A DNA stretch of 64,000 nucleotides from Camelus ferus (Eukaryota): assembly GCF_009834535.1 (NCBI RefSeq), contig NC_045696.1:89344001-89408000 (forward strand), written 5' to 3'. Below, one piece after another: positions 9,871 to 21,999 of this stretch. Position 1 is the first letter of the stretch; each line of letters opens with the position of its first letter. The position numbers were made by a program, and so were the translations under genes. Under the pieces are notes generated by a model. The model had not been told where the DNA came from, made no database searches, and saw nothing but the letters and a program-made list of their open reading frames with translations.

Positions 9871-11669
9871 TAACGGAAGCGTAGAACTTTAAACAAGTTC
9901 CTATTATTGAGAAGATAATATGATAATCCTTCTCTCCCCTTCCCCCTAAATCTATAACAAGCAATGAGAAACACACAGAGAGACCTTTATGCCATAGCAT
10001 CCTTCTGGAGCTCCTAGAATCCTTCTTTTCCGTTTGTATCCCCTGCAGGCCTTGCACAGAGCTGGGCATGTGCAGATTCACGATAAAACATTTTGATTTC
10101 CAGATCAGAGCTGAGGTCTGAGGTTATATTTTGTCATTTGTCCCTGTTGATTTTCTTGTGTTATTGTAAGAATTCAGCAACACATCTGGCACTTGTGAAA
10201 ACGAAATCTGCAGTTACACAGTACGGTTGTGCAGGCAAAGAGACAGTCTGGGGCAAAAATCGATCCTATGCTTTGCTTGTCAAGCTGTGATACGCACTGC
10301 AGCGGGGAGGAAGGGGAGCCTTTTCCTGATTCAGGTTCTGGACAATGCTAAGTTAGAACTTTTCTCTAATCTATCTCACAGGAGGAATTACCCATCTTTT
10401 CTGGCCAAAACAGTTGGACAGGAAGATATCTAAACCCAACTGTTTGTTTTCATATATCTCTGTTTGTTTGGGACCCATTGTGTGGCAAACTTACAGGATC
10501 TGATAACACTGCTCTCGGAGTAGGGAGAAAGAAATAGGACAGGAATACACTGGGCAAAATTGAACTTCAGAAAGGGAAGAGTTGAATCAGTTTTCTGTTC
10601 CCAAATGCTACCTTTGGCATCAGACCAAAGCTTTTTGTTTAGTAGACTTCCAGAGAAGAAACTCCAGCTGAAAGCAGGAGCCAGGACCTCCTCTGATAGC
10701 CTACAATTTTATTTCCTCTGTTGTTTTCACAGCATGAAATACCCCAGTGTTTCTCTCCTAAACAATGACACAAATTTACCCAGTGTCAAGAAACTCCAAA
10801 GAATTTAGAACACATTCCATGTATTTATCCCACTGGTGGTAATATCCTTTTAGACAATGGACACAGGACAGTTTTGAGTAGTGTCTCTCTAGAAGCTGAG
10901 TACTAATGTTTCCACACCCAGTAAATATCTAGCTCTATAAAAAGATTAGGCAAATGTATTCTCATAAAGCAATTGAAATGGGTCTGTTTGGGATTTGAAT
11001 AGAACAAAACCAATTTCACGCAACAGTTTTAGGGCATCTATCTGATAATCAACTTTCTACAGCTGATTTCATTTACCTTGGGATCATCTCAACCAAAAAT
11101 TCTGGGGACAGCCAAACAAAAAACTCACTGAATTCTAAGCAAAGTTCCAGCAGATCTGTCAAATTAATTGGAATAACTTCTTTGTTAAGTTGCTCAGGGA
11201 CTTTTTAAAAAAAAAAATTTAAACATTGATCTCTTTTGAGAGGCTATGACCAAAATGTAGTAGATTGATGATTATGAGACCTGTTTATGATAATTAATTA
11301 CAAAGCTGTTTATGTTAATTCCCTCTCTTGCTGGAGAAAACAAATCCAAATTTGAGACATTGGCCCTTAAATAAATCTTTTCCCTTGAAATAATAAAGAA
11401 AAATTATACCGTTATTTAAATACGGTATAAAGGGCAGAAAACACCGTTTAGAAGACCCTCTTCTTTCCAGGTGGAAACCAAATCGGCTACTATTTTTAGA
11501 ATACTGAGGCTCTGTGTGGCTACAATGATTGAGTGACTTCAGCTATTCAAACAGTTTTATTCAACAGGGAAGCTTGGTACTTTTTTCTGACTGTGTTTAG
11601 GGGAATTTGCACCCAATTATTCCTCTGGCTAGGCGTGATTTGGGGAAGGGCGATTTTGCTGATTACTGG

Positions 11670-11870
11670 TAACAGCTGCTGACAATGGCTACATGCTATG
11701 TTCCAGGACTGTACTAGGCAATTTTATATTATCATTTAATTTAATTCTCACAGCAATCCTGTGAGTTAGATACTATTACTAGCCCTGATTTACAGATGAG
11801 AAAACCGAGCTTTAGTGAGGTTCATAATTTACCTAAGACTGGAGAGCTGAGATTTGAACACAGCAAGTCT
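11670..11870. mobile_element. MIR SINE
   Basis: ttaattctcacagcaatcctgtgag...tttacagatgagaaaaccgag. Confidence 0.8.
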
Positions 11871-11929
11871 TTGCTACTCTGTTCAAATAGAGTGGGGCGA
11901 GGGGGATGGATGAGGGGTAGTGGGAGGGA

Positions 11930-12460
11930 AGTGTAAATTAATACAACCTTTTGGGGAAGCAGTTTTGAAATATTTATCTAAAGCCTTTAAAAATACCACA
12001 TATTTTGACCACATAATTACACTTCTAAGGGTCTAGTTTAGGGCATCGATCAGAGACTTAGACAATGACTTGTACAAAAATGTTCACTGTAACATTATTT
12101 ATAACAATTTACAATATAGGTTGAAAATGGTCTCTCCTCATGGTAATAGGCACATAATATAAACTATGACAAAGGCATAGCTGGAATGTCATGTATCTTT
12201 TAGTAATAATATTAAAAAGCATACTTTGGGGAAAATGTTCAGAATTTGTTGTTAGTTGAAAAAGAGATATAAAACTATATGTGTATACTATGATCATAAT
12301 TATGTTTAAAATGGAAGGAAATCCAGCAAAATGTCAAAAATGCCCATCTCTGGATAATGGATTATAGGTAATTTTTATTTTCTCTTTTATGCTTTTTGAT
12401 ATTTAAATTTTTTTCTAGAATGAGTACAAATTACTTTTATAATCAGAAGAAAATGCTGTT
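11930..12460 (+). mobile_element. Old L1M 3' fragment
   Basis: gtgtaaattaatacaacctttt, aatgttcactgtaacattatttataa, ggattataggtaatttttattttc. Confidence 0.65.
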
Positions 12461-12577
12461 ATTAATTTTGTGTAAGCTAAAGAATAGTAAATTAACCAAC
12501 ATTGCAATTTCCATCATCAGAAAAATCACCTTTTTCCTTTTAATTACAAAAAAAATTTCTTTTGCTCTAAGTTAGTC

Positions 12578-12765
12578 TTTTTTTTTAATTGAAGAGTACT
12601 TGATTTACAATGTTGTGTTTATTTCTGGTGTACAGCATAGTGATTTAGTTATACATATATATTCTTTTTCATTATAGGTTATTACAAGATATTGAGTATA
12701 ATTCTCTATGCTATACAGAAGGACCTTATTGTTTATCTATTTTATACATATTAGTTAGTAACTCT
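12578..12765 (-). mobile_element. Short L1 3' end
   Basis: ttgatttacaatgttgtgtttatttctggtgtacagcatagtgatt...gctatacagaaggacc. Confidence 0.85.
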
Positions 12766-13599
12766 ATCATAGTCTTATTTTTTGCCATGCAACTTCTAAA
12801 ATACCACTCCAGAAGAAATCGTCATTGCAGGCAGATACCTTGGGCAGAGTGAAGTCCTATGTTTACTCAAACCTAGCCCTAAACGCTGTTTGTAGGCACT
12901 CTCTGTGGGCGCATTTAAATCTCCTGGACCTTCCCAGCAGATGGTAAGGAGACACCCAAAGGTGGGGCTCAGGGAGCTGGGATCAAAGTGCCTCAGAGTT
13001 GGAGAATGCGGTCACAATGTATCCTCTGAAACTGATGCTTAATCCAAATAATAGAATAGAGCTCCTACAAAGTCAAGTTACCTTCAAAGAAAAGTTGTGA
13101 ATACATTCGTTTGTTTATCCAGGGAACATTTATAGACCACCTTCCATGTTAAAAATTCCGTGTTAGGAGGTCTTGGGAAAGTTAGCATATAAGTCAGCCA
13201 TGATGAGCCCACATGGCTGCCTGAGTTTTTGTAAAGATGACAGAGGGTCTCCAATCAGGGGAGCCAAGAATCTCTCAGCTTAGGTAAGAGGCTGGCAAAA
13301 GGAGCTTTCAAATCTGATTGAAGTGAGGAGGTACGGCAAAACCTCATAATAAGACCTGCATGATGAACATAAGGAAAGCTTGAGTCGCCTCCCATGTACG
13401 TAGTCTGACCTGTGTTCCATCCTTGCCAGACCCTAGTTGTAAGTGGGAAAGCGGGGCTGCAGGGGAGGAATGCAAGTGTCCATTAGGCAGTATCTAATGA
13501 ACAGAATACTGAGAAGTGGTAAGATACAACTAAAGCTGGTTCTACCTTTCTCCTTCTCTTTTGTAATATTCTCAGACTAGAATCTCAGATCCCTTTGAC

Positions 13600-14170
13600 C
13601 AATATCGTAACCAATGGGAACATCTCTCCACATGCTGGTCTGATCCTTCTCTGGTCTGACCTGGCCACCTCTCCGCCCACGTTTCCCATGACTCTCCCTC
13701 TTGTTTCAGTTGCTCCAGAGACACCAGCTTTTTGGCCATAACACGCCAGGTGTGTTGCCAGGTGTATTCCCACGTCAGGTGTTTCCCCCTTCCTGTTCCT
13801 TCTCTGTACCACTGTTCCCGTGGCTTTCACATGTCTGATCACAGTCCCTTCTCATAGTCCCTTTCCCACCATCGGCTATAAAACACTCTATTCTCCCACC
13901 CCTCCACTGCCCCTTGGGACTCTCCAGGCCCCTCCTCAGTTTTATTTTGCTTTCCTAGCATTTACCACTATTTGACAATATATTATGTGTTTAGTTGTTT
14001 GTTTATTGTCTGCTGTTCAGTATTAGAATATAGTTCCCTGTGCTATACAGTAGGATAGGGTATTTGGACTTTGCCCATTTTATACACTATTGTATTCCCA
14101 GCATATAGAACAGAGTTTGGTACATAGTAGGTGTTCAAAAAGTAGTTATTGAGTAAATGAATGAATGAAT
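13600..14170 (+). mobile_element. L2 3' end
   Basis: Ends in gtacatagtaggtgttcaaaaagtagttattgagtaaatgaatgaatgaat. Confidence 0.75.
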
Positions 14171-15732
14171 GTACTTTTCTGGAGGGCAGTTTGGGAATGT
14201 GTGTCAAATCATAAAATGATACATACCTCTGACCTTGCCGATTCAACTTCTTAGATACGGGTGAGAAATGATATGCATAATTAGGTTAATCACAGGATTT
14301 ATTGTAACATGCAGAGTGAGAATCTAAATACCCATTAGTGGGATGTTGTGATATAGGCAAACTAGTTGACATTGTTATATGTAGATCAGTATTTATCAAT
14401 ACGAAAAAATATTTCCGACAGATTAGAGGGTGAGGAAAATTGACTCTGAAACAGCAAATATGGAATGATTGCATCTTAATAAGATTCTGTCATACTTTGT
14501 ATGTATCCGTGCATAGAAAATGTGAGGAGAAGTATTCACCAAAATAATAACAGTTCTCTTGGTGGGTGGGAGTGGGATTTGGAGTAATTTTATTTGTGTC
14601 TGTATACTTTGTGTATTTTTTAAAATAAATGAACTTGTATATTTCTGAAAAAAATTTTAAACAAAGCTAATAAAGCTGCTTGGTAAGTTAAAAAAGTTTT
14701 TTCTACTTTGGAGTTTATTCTAGTCCACCCTGCGTCAGAGCAGCCCGTGGTTAACTCACCTGCTGCTATTCCAGGCAAAGGTACTGCAGCTTTACCTCCC
14801 GCTCCCACAGGGGTGCTTCACTGTGCTTCTCGGGTTACAATTCCTTTTCTCCAGCACCCCGCCATTTCCCTAATTTAGATTCTTCCCTGGTCACTCAGAC
14901 AAGATAGCAGTTGCCCCCTACCAGGTCTTCCTGCCCCCTCCTCTCTCTCCCTTCCAGTGGAGCAAACCACAGTGGCTCCCCGTGACCCACAGCAGAGTCC
15001 AGGCTCTCAGCCGGTGGTCCCGGGCCTTCCACACACAGTCCAGCTTCTTTTCCTAACTTCATCCTCAACCACTCCCTTCTCCTGCCGTTTCATCTGCCCA
15101 GGGTCTTTGGCACATTAATGCCTGTCTTTCTTTGTCTCTGGAATTCCTTCCTCTCTTCCTCCTCTTTCTCTTAAGGCCCATCTCACCTTCAACTTTTCCA
15201 TCCAAACCCTAGAGAATGATCTTCTAGAAAAACCACAGTACTTAAAATCTGTACTGATCTTTGCTTCTTAGGAAACTGATTTCTATTAATTTATGAATTG
15301 TGAACGTAGGGCCGGTAAACTCTTTGAAGGCAGGAGGTATTTTGTATGTTTCCTTGCATTATGCGCACGATCTATTTGCTATTCATTTAACAGGTGTTTG
15401 TGGAGCACCTGCTGTGCACTTGGCCCTGCGCTAGGTTCTTGAACGGAGCAGGGAACACACGGGAGCTTCTAGTCCAGGAAGCCACTCGGAAGGGCCTTAC
15501 TCGTTTGACATCTCTTGAGTGATAGTCTTCCTGCCAAACTGCACATCTACGAGTAATATTTTTTTCTGTCCCTTCAACAAGGGACTGGTTTGTAAGGAAG
15601 AGGGATCAGTAACTAACACCTATTTTATCAATAAGGACTAACAAAAGGGCTTTGAAGGGAAATAGTCTCTTCTCTTGGTCCTTTAAGCACCACTAGCCTA
15701 GACTCTAGAAGGACACTGTCTCCAGATTTCTT

Positions 15733-15894
15733 TTTTTTTTTAAATGAATTCTTTATTTAAAAATTATTTTTATTTACTTGGGGGGCGGGTAATTAGGTTT
15801 ATTTATTCTGATGGAGGTACCGGAGATTGAACCCAGGACCTTGTGCATGCTAAGCACACGCTCTACTGCTGAGCTAAACCCTTCCCCTCTTCCT
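15733..15894 (-). mobile_element. Camelid SINE with TSD CAGATTTCTT
   Basis: tRNA-like head; TSD at 15723-15732 and 15895-15904. Confidence 0.9.
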
Positions 15895-16989
15895 CAGATT
15901 TCTTGATGAACAAAGTCTGTTGAACCAGGCAAGCTTCCTGCTGAAGAGAGAGGGTAGTGATCATACTGGGAGGTGAGATCCTGAATGTTCCCAGACCTTT
16001 GTGAACTGTCAAATGGATCAGTCTGGGACGTAATTTCCTCCGTGAATGCAGCAATTATGTAATATCACATCATACTGTATACTTCCAAAGTTTTTCATGG
16101 ATATCAGAAACCATGAGGTTAAATCTAAGAATGCCAAGAGTCTACTGTTTTCTTAAAATACAGAATATAAAGTTATCATCACCAATAAGTTTGAGAAGTT
16201 ACATAAATATGAGTAAGCAATCAAAGTTCTCAGCAGCTAAATTAATAAAATGCATACTATCTAGGTACTTACCCTAAGTGTTTTAGGGGGATTCTTGGCC
16301 AATAATCCCCCTTGCTTTGCTAGGCCATAAATTAAGTATTTAATTCTTTTTATTGAGAAGTGAATAAAAGATTCAGAACTCTGAGAGACAAACATAATTT
16401 AAAGGGCTTTTTCAACAGAATCCCTTTTGCTCTCTGCTCAAGGTTATTGTTAGATTTTTTACCTTTGTCCCAAAAGTCCAGATGGGTACAGTCTCCTAAG
16501 CCCTTCCTTATAATCAAGATGGCTTTCAGTAGACATCCAGTTATAATGTTTCCTTTCTCACTTAGACACTGAAAGGTCAACTTTATTTTTCAATAGAAAT
16601 ATCACAAAATATTATAATTTCTCATGACAGAGAGCAAGACATAAAATGCTTGCATTATTGTCTTGTGCTTGCATTAATTCCCTCATGGTTATACATTCTC
16701 CTTTGGGAATGAAATATCTTGTACCCATAGACCATGCCATTTTCTTCTGGAGGTAGGTTCCAGATGACAGAAGTGTTGTCACATGGTAAATAGCCAAGCC
16801 AAGCCAAGCCAGAATTGGTCTATGGGTGTAGGATTTTTCAAAGGTAACATTATCCTTTTTTTTTTTTTCCTATTGTAGAAAATGGCCTTAAAGATGGCCA
16901 TGCATCATATTATTAAGCATGTAAATATTGGTATTATTTTAGACATAAAGATCAATAAAATAAATATTTCTCTAGATCACTTTTCTAAC

Positions 16990-17370
16990 AATGTGGGTAG
17001 AAGCAGCCAGGGTGAGTTTGGTGGCTACATGGGGTTAGGGATCCAGGCTTCTTTCATCTTCTTGCTACACCCTATCATGCAGCTTCTACTTTGTGGCCAA
17101 ACATGACTGCTCTGGCTCCAGCCATCACACCTGCATTTCAGATGTTGGGAAGGGGATAAGTGAACATCTTTCCCTCAAGGGCATGACCCTCAAGTTGCAT
17201 GCATCCTTCTACTTACATCCCACTGGCCAGAACTTAGTCACATGGCTATACCATGTCTCAAGGGGAGCTAAGAAATAACAACCTTCCCAGGTGGCCTTAA
17301 GATGTGCTAAAACTCTGTTCACGTGTGAGAAGATGAGAGTGGAAATGAGGAGACAGTTGGCAGCCCCATC
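16990..17370 (-). mobile_element. MLT1-type MaLR LTR fragment
   Basis: ggctccagccatcacacctgcatttcag...cactggccagaacttagtcacatggc. Confidence 0.7.
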
Positions 17371-17639
17371 CCCATGCACAAACAAGGAGGGAGAAGAAAG
17401 GAGAATGAAAGACTTTAGGAAGTTAATAAAGAGGGAGAAAGAGAACGAGAGAAGGAAAAGTCAAGATTGTCTTGGTAAAGGTAGACTATATTTTAAGGTG
17501 TTTTCTTATTTTCTGTTGTTCAGTGGATTCTAGACATCTGAGTTTATTTCTCATCACTGCAATTTGCAATGCTATCTAATGAACTTAAACCTCTGTTTAC
17601 CTCTTTTCAGTAGCTCTTAATTATTCAGCTCCATTCAAG

Positions 17640-18750
17640 GAATAAATATTTGTGAGTGCTTTCTGCAAATCTGAAACTGTCAGACATACAGCGGGGAGAA
17701 AGAAAGATCAGTCCCTGCCTTCAAAGAATGATAAGAAAGCAGGAGGCGAGGGGGGGGCAGATCCTGACCAAGTAATTGAAAAATGATGAATGATATAAAA
17801 TGAGGAGTACAGGGAGCTACGGCAGCACAGAGGTGAGCACCCAGCTATACTGGGGAGAGAGTCATTTCTCCTATTAAATGCCTTTCTGAATAACACCCCC
17901 ACAGAAGCCTATTAGAAGGGGAAAGTTATTTTTCTGAATTGCTTTGATCCCAAGAATGTTACACCAGAGGCTAAAGAGTCAAGTCCATTTAGCTGAGTCT
18001 AATGAAACGGCCATGTGTTCAGCGTCTACTGTGTCTGAGGTACAGGCCAGACACTGTGGGGGCCACAAAGCAGAACAAGAGATGGTCTCGCATCTTAAGT
18101 AGCTCCTGCTCTGGTGAAGGAGACAGCAGTGCCACGCAGGGACTTTGTGATCAAGAGCTACAGCAGAGATGGCCACAGAGCTAAGGGGAAAGGGAGATGA
18201 ATGCTGACCCTGACCCTGACCCTAACTCTAACCCGGTCTCAGAGCCTTCTTCAGGGAGAACACGGCATGCTAACTGAGCTCTGAATGATGTGACTGGGTG
18301 GAAGGGTCTTTTAGGAGGACACAGCTGGAACAGAAGGCAGAAAGTGCAGAGTATGTTTAAGGACTGACTTTTACTCAAATGTGGCTGGTGAGGTGTCAGG
18401 GGCAGAGGGGTGTCGTGGGACCCTGGGCCATGCATCCTAGATACTTCTGGAAAGGCACGGGGAGAGGCAGGGAGGCCTTGATCACAGAGCTGAGGACTTT
18501 GTTGTGTAGACCGCAGGAGTTTGATGATCAGCTGCTCTCTGCTTTGGGAAGCTAACCACAGAGAGGAGAAATCCAAGGCAAGGAAACCAGAGAGGCTCAA
18601 AGAAAGAGCCCTTGATGAGGGGGTATCTTTAGACTAAGCATTTGCCTGGCTGCTTACAGGGTGAGGTTGGGCAGGATAAGCAAGGGGGGGATGCAAACTC
18701 TGAGGTTTTAAGCCTGAACAATTGGGAGGGTGCTGCTGACATTTAGTGGT
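17640..18750 (-). mobile_element. Degenerate L2 fragments
   Basis: aataaatatttgtgagtgc, gtccctgccttcaaaga, ctgaggttttaagcctgaacaattggg. Confidence 0.5.
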
Positions 18751-18999
18751 TTAGGGGGAAAACAGGAAGAAAGAAGCAGTGTCTGGACACTACTCATTGT
18801 CTACCCAACAGCCCTGTCCCTGTTCTTGACAGAGCCTGATTTTGTCAAATGTCAACCATCCTCAGCCCCTGAGGAGTGTGTCCTCATTGGTGTAAGCCAA
18901 TCAGCTCAAGGCGACCCACCCTGCTGACTGTTCTTGGTCCAGGAGTGGACGTGGCACTTAATTGACCCTCTCCTACTGAGTGCATATCTTATGTCTGGG

Positions 19000-20000
19000 A
19001 ACGCGTACTCCATGTTGCGGGAAGTACACAGCAGAGGGGAGTAACTGAACACCCAGACTGAAAAGGGGAGCTGAAAAGTATCAGGAGATTCCAGAGAGAG
19101 AAGAGCTCAGGAAATCAACCTCATCGAGTTGTTTATGAACTCCCTGGCTCACCCTTGACCTGCACATGTGTAGACCTGACCCTAAATAGGCTACCAAAGA
19201 CTATGAGAACTGAACAATGGGACAGACCACCATGCTGGTCCCACACTGGTCACTGGATGGCACACACAGGGCGCAGATCTCACTAGCTGTGCAAAGACTT
19301 TGCAAACTGAACTGTGATTAGAACTATAAGCCATAGAAGGCTAGTCAGAACTTGTGACCTGACCCCAACCAGATCAACTGCCTCCTAAGACAGAAATATC
19401 AAAATTCTTCATAAGATTTAAACAAGATCCCAAGTCTCATTACATAACAATAGAATATCAAAGGTACAATCCAACATTACTTATCATACAAAGGACCAGG
19501 AAAATGTCAACTCACATGAGGAAAGATAAATGACAGATGCCAATACTGAGATAACACAGACTTTGGAATTACAACTTTTTAGTAGCTATTATAGAAATGC
19601 TCCAAAAAGTAAAGATAAGCAGTCTTGAAATGAATGGAAAGTTAGAAAGTCTCAGCAAAGAAATGGAAGATATAAAAAGAACCAGATGGGAATTTTTGAA
19701 CTAAAAATACAAAAACCAAAATAAAAAGGTCTCCAGATGGACTGAATAGCAGAATGGATATAACAGGAGAAAGAGTCAGTACATTTGAAGACAAATCAAT
19801 AGAAATTATCTAATGTGAACAGAGAAAAAAAGATTCGGCGACAGTAGAAAAAGCGTAGCCTCTCTCGCTCCTGTGGGGAGATACAAAGGGTCTAATGTTC
19901 GGGTCATTAGAAGCTCAGAAAACGAGTAGCAGGAGGAAACTTCAGAAAAAAATATTTAAAAGAATTAATGACTGAAAATGTCCCCAGTCTTGAAAATGAG
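19000..20000 (+). mobile_element. Old L1M 5'/ORF1 fragment
   Basis: aaagtctcagcaaagaaatggaagatataaaaag, ggagaaagagtcagtacatttgaagacaaatcaatagaaattatc. Confidence 0.75.
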
Positions 20001-20089
20001 TAAAAGAGATACAGGATAAGAATAAAGAACAAGGCAAACAAACTGTCATAGAAGACAATCAAGGATTGAAAAGATTTTGGACGTACAAA

Positions 20090-20290
20090 TGCCCAGTACT
20101 GCCTCTTACTTATTGTGGGATCTTGGGGAATTTTGCTTATCTTACTGAGTCTCGGTTTCCTCCTCTGTAAAATGGGTAGAGTCAGATCTACCTGATATTC
20201 GGCTATCATGAGGATTGAATTTAGTAATCTAAATAAAGCACTTAGCACAATTCCTGACCCGCAAGAAGTGCTGAATAAATAATAGCTTTT
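20090..20290. mobile_element. MIR SINE
   Basis: gtctcggtttcctcctctgtaaaatggg...aaagcacttagcaca. Confidence 0.8.
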
Positions 20291-20849
20291 AAAAAAGGAG
20301 AAAGAGAGTGATCGGCGAAGATGTCAAGGACGGTCAGGACTGGAAAGAGACTACAGAGTTTTGCACGAAGGCGATGATCATCTGAGATGATGTTGGTACC
20401 ATGGCCAGAGCAGGAACCTGACTATTTTGAACTGAGAAGTAAAGAAGGGCAGAGGAAGGAGAAGTTGGCATAAACATTTTTTGACAACGTTTGGTGGTGA
20501 AAAGAAGGTGAGAGAGAAAATACTCATTTGAGAATGCAAAGCTGATGGAATATTCCTTTCTTTCTTACGATGGAGAATTTGATCCTGTTTTTTAAGCCAA
20601 AGGGAAGGAGCCCAGGAGAGGAAGAGATTAATGATTCAGGAGAAAAATGGGATGGCTGATGGCACATGGCCTTGGAGAGGACAGGAAGTGACTGGGTCAA
20701 ACCCATAGTTGTGTTTTGTTTGACTTTTTTGCTGTGTTTTTTCTTTTTCTTGTGGGAGTTTTTGTTGTTGCAATGGCTTAACAGAAATAAAAAGTCTGTT
20801 ATAAAAGGATGTGTAATTGTTGTGACCTGCAAATGATATGTTCACTGTT

Positions 20850-21560
20850 CTAAATCGGTGATTTTTCAACCCTTTTCCACATTTGGCATGTGAAGAAAAT
20901 GTTAATATCTGAAAGATATATTGGAATAAACCATAGGGAATTTGGAGTCAATTTTCTGTGGCTTGGTGGCAAAATTTTAGTGTATTTTTATTATATTATA
21001 TAATTATGATAACAAAAATAAAATGTAATATATTAGGGAAGATATTCAATATTGAATTTATGGTAAAACTTCCATGTAAAATATTCCCAAATTGTTTACC
21101 AAGAAATTTCAGCTTATTTCTCTGGACATAACTTTGATACAAGGTTATATGCCTGAAAGAGTTATAAACATTTCTTGGTGTTGACTTTTTAATGATCATC
21201 TCTTGTTAGTCAACATGAATGAGAAACTTTGTTCATACAATTTGCTAGTTTGAAACACTTAATTTTTTTAATCTTTAAAACTGATAATAGTTGCCAAGAG
21301 AATATAACAGATCTTTCATCCTTTCATAGACAAATGTGATATTAAAATTTGTTGTGATGATGCAAATAGATTTTTTCAAAACCATATAGCTTTTTCAGAT
21401 CATGTACTTCAAAGTAGTGGTGAAGCTCTAGTGTGAAGAAAAGGCAGGTGTTACTGGAGCAGTAACCTTGCAAGAAGCTTGAATGTCACTAAAAGAATCC
21501 ACCAGCACAAATACATGGCAGTGTCTACTGTACATCAGGACCACGATTCCAAGCTGCTAT
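20850..21560. mobile_element. Probable degenerate hAT/Charlie-type DNA transposon
   Basis: AT-rich block beginning ggtgatttttcaaccctttt, resembling a hAT end; family not certain. Confidence 0.35.
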
Positions 21561-21999
21561 GGTGGAGTGCCTGCTCTGAGCCCCCTTGGGCTGTGAACTG
21601 AGCACCATGCGCACCTAGTGCCAAACCCAGCAGCTCCACGGTCCCATGACCACAAGGCAGTGATGGGGCACTGAGGGGCCATCCTGGCTGGAGGGCACCC
21701 CGTGGGCGGGTTTAACAGGTTGCCACAAAGCAAGTTGTGTGGGATGTGGCCGGTTGTGCCTGGTGCTCAGTGATCTCACACAGTCAGAGGTACCCTGCTT
21801 AGGGCTCTCTCTTGAGCCTCCAAGGAGCATCTTGATTGTAGGTGACTAGCTCCACGGGACACACCAGACCTTCCTTGACTCCTGGGCAGTCGGTATCTTA
21901 CAGAGCATCCAGTGTCCGACCCTTGGCATCACAGTGGACCGCACGCAGCACACCAACTGGAAAGCTTAGGTCTAGAAAGCCCAAGGAAGAAAGTGTTGA

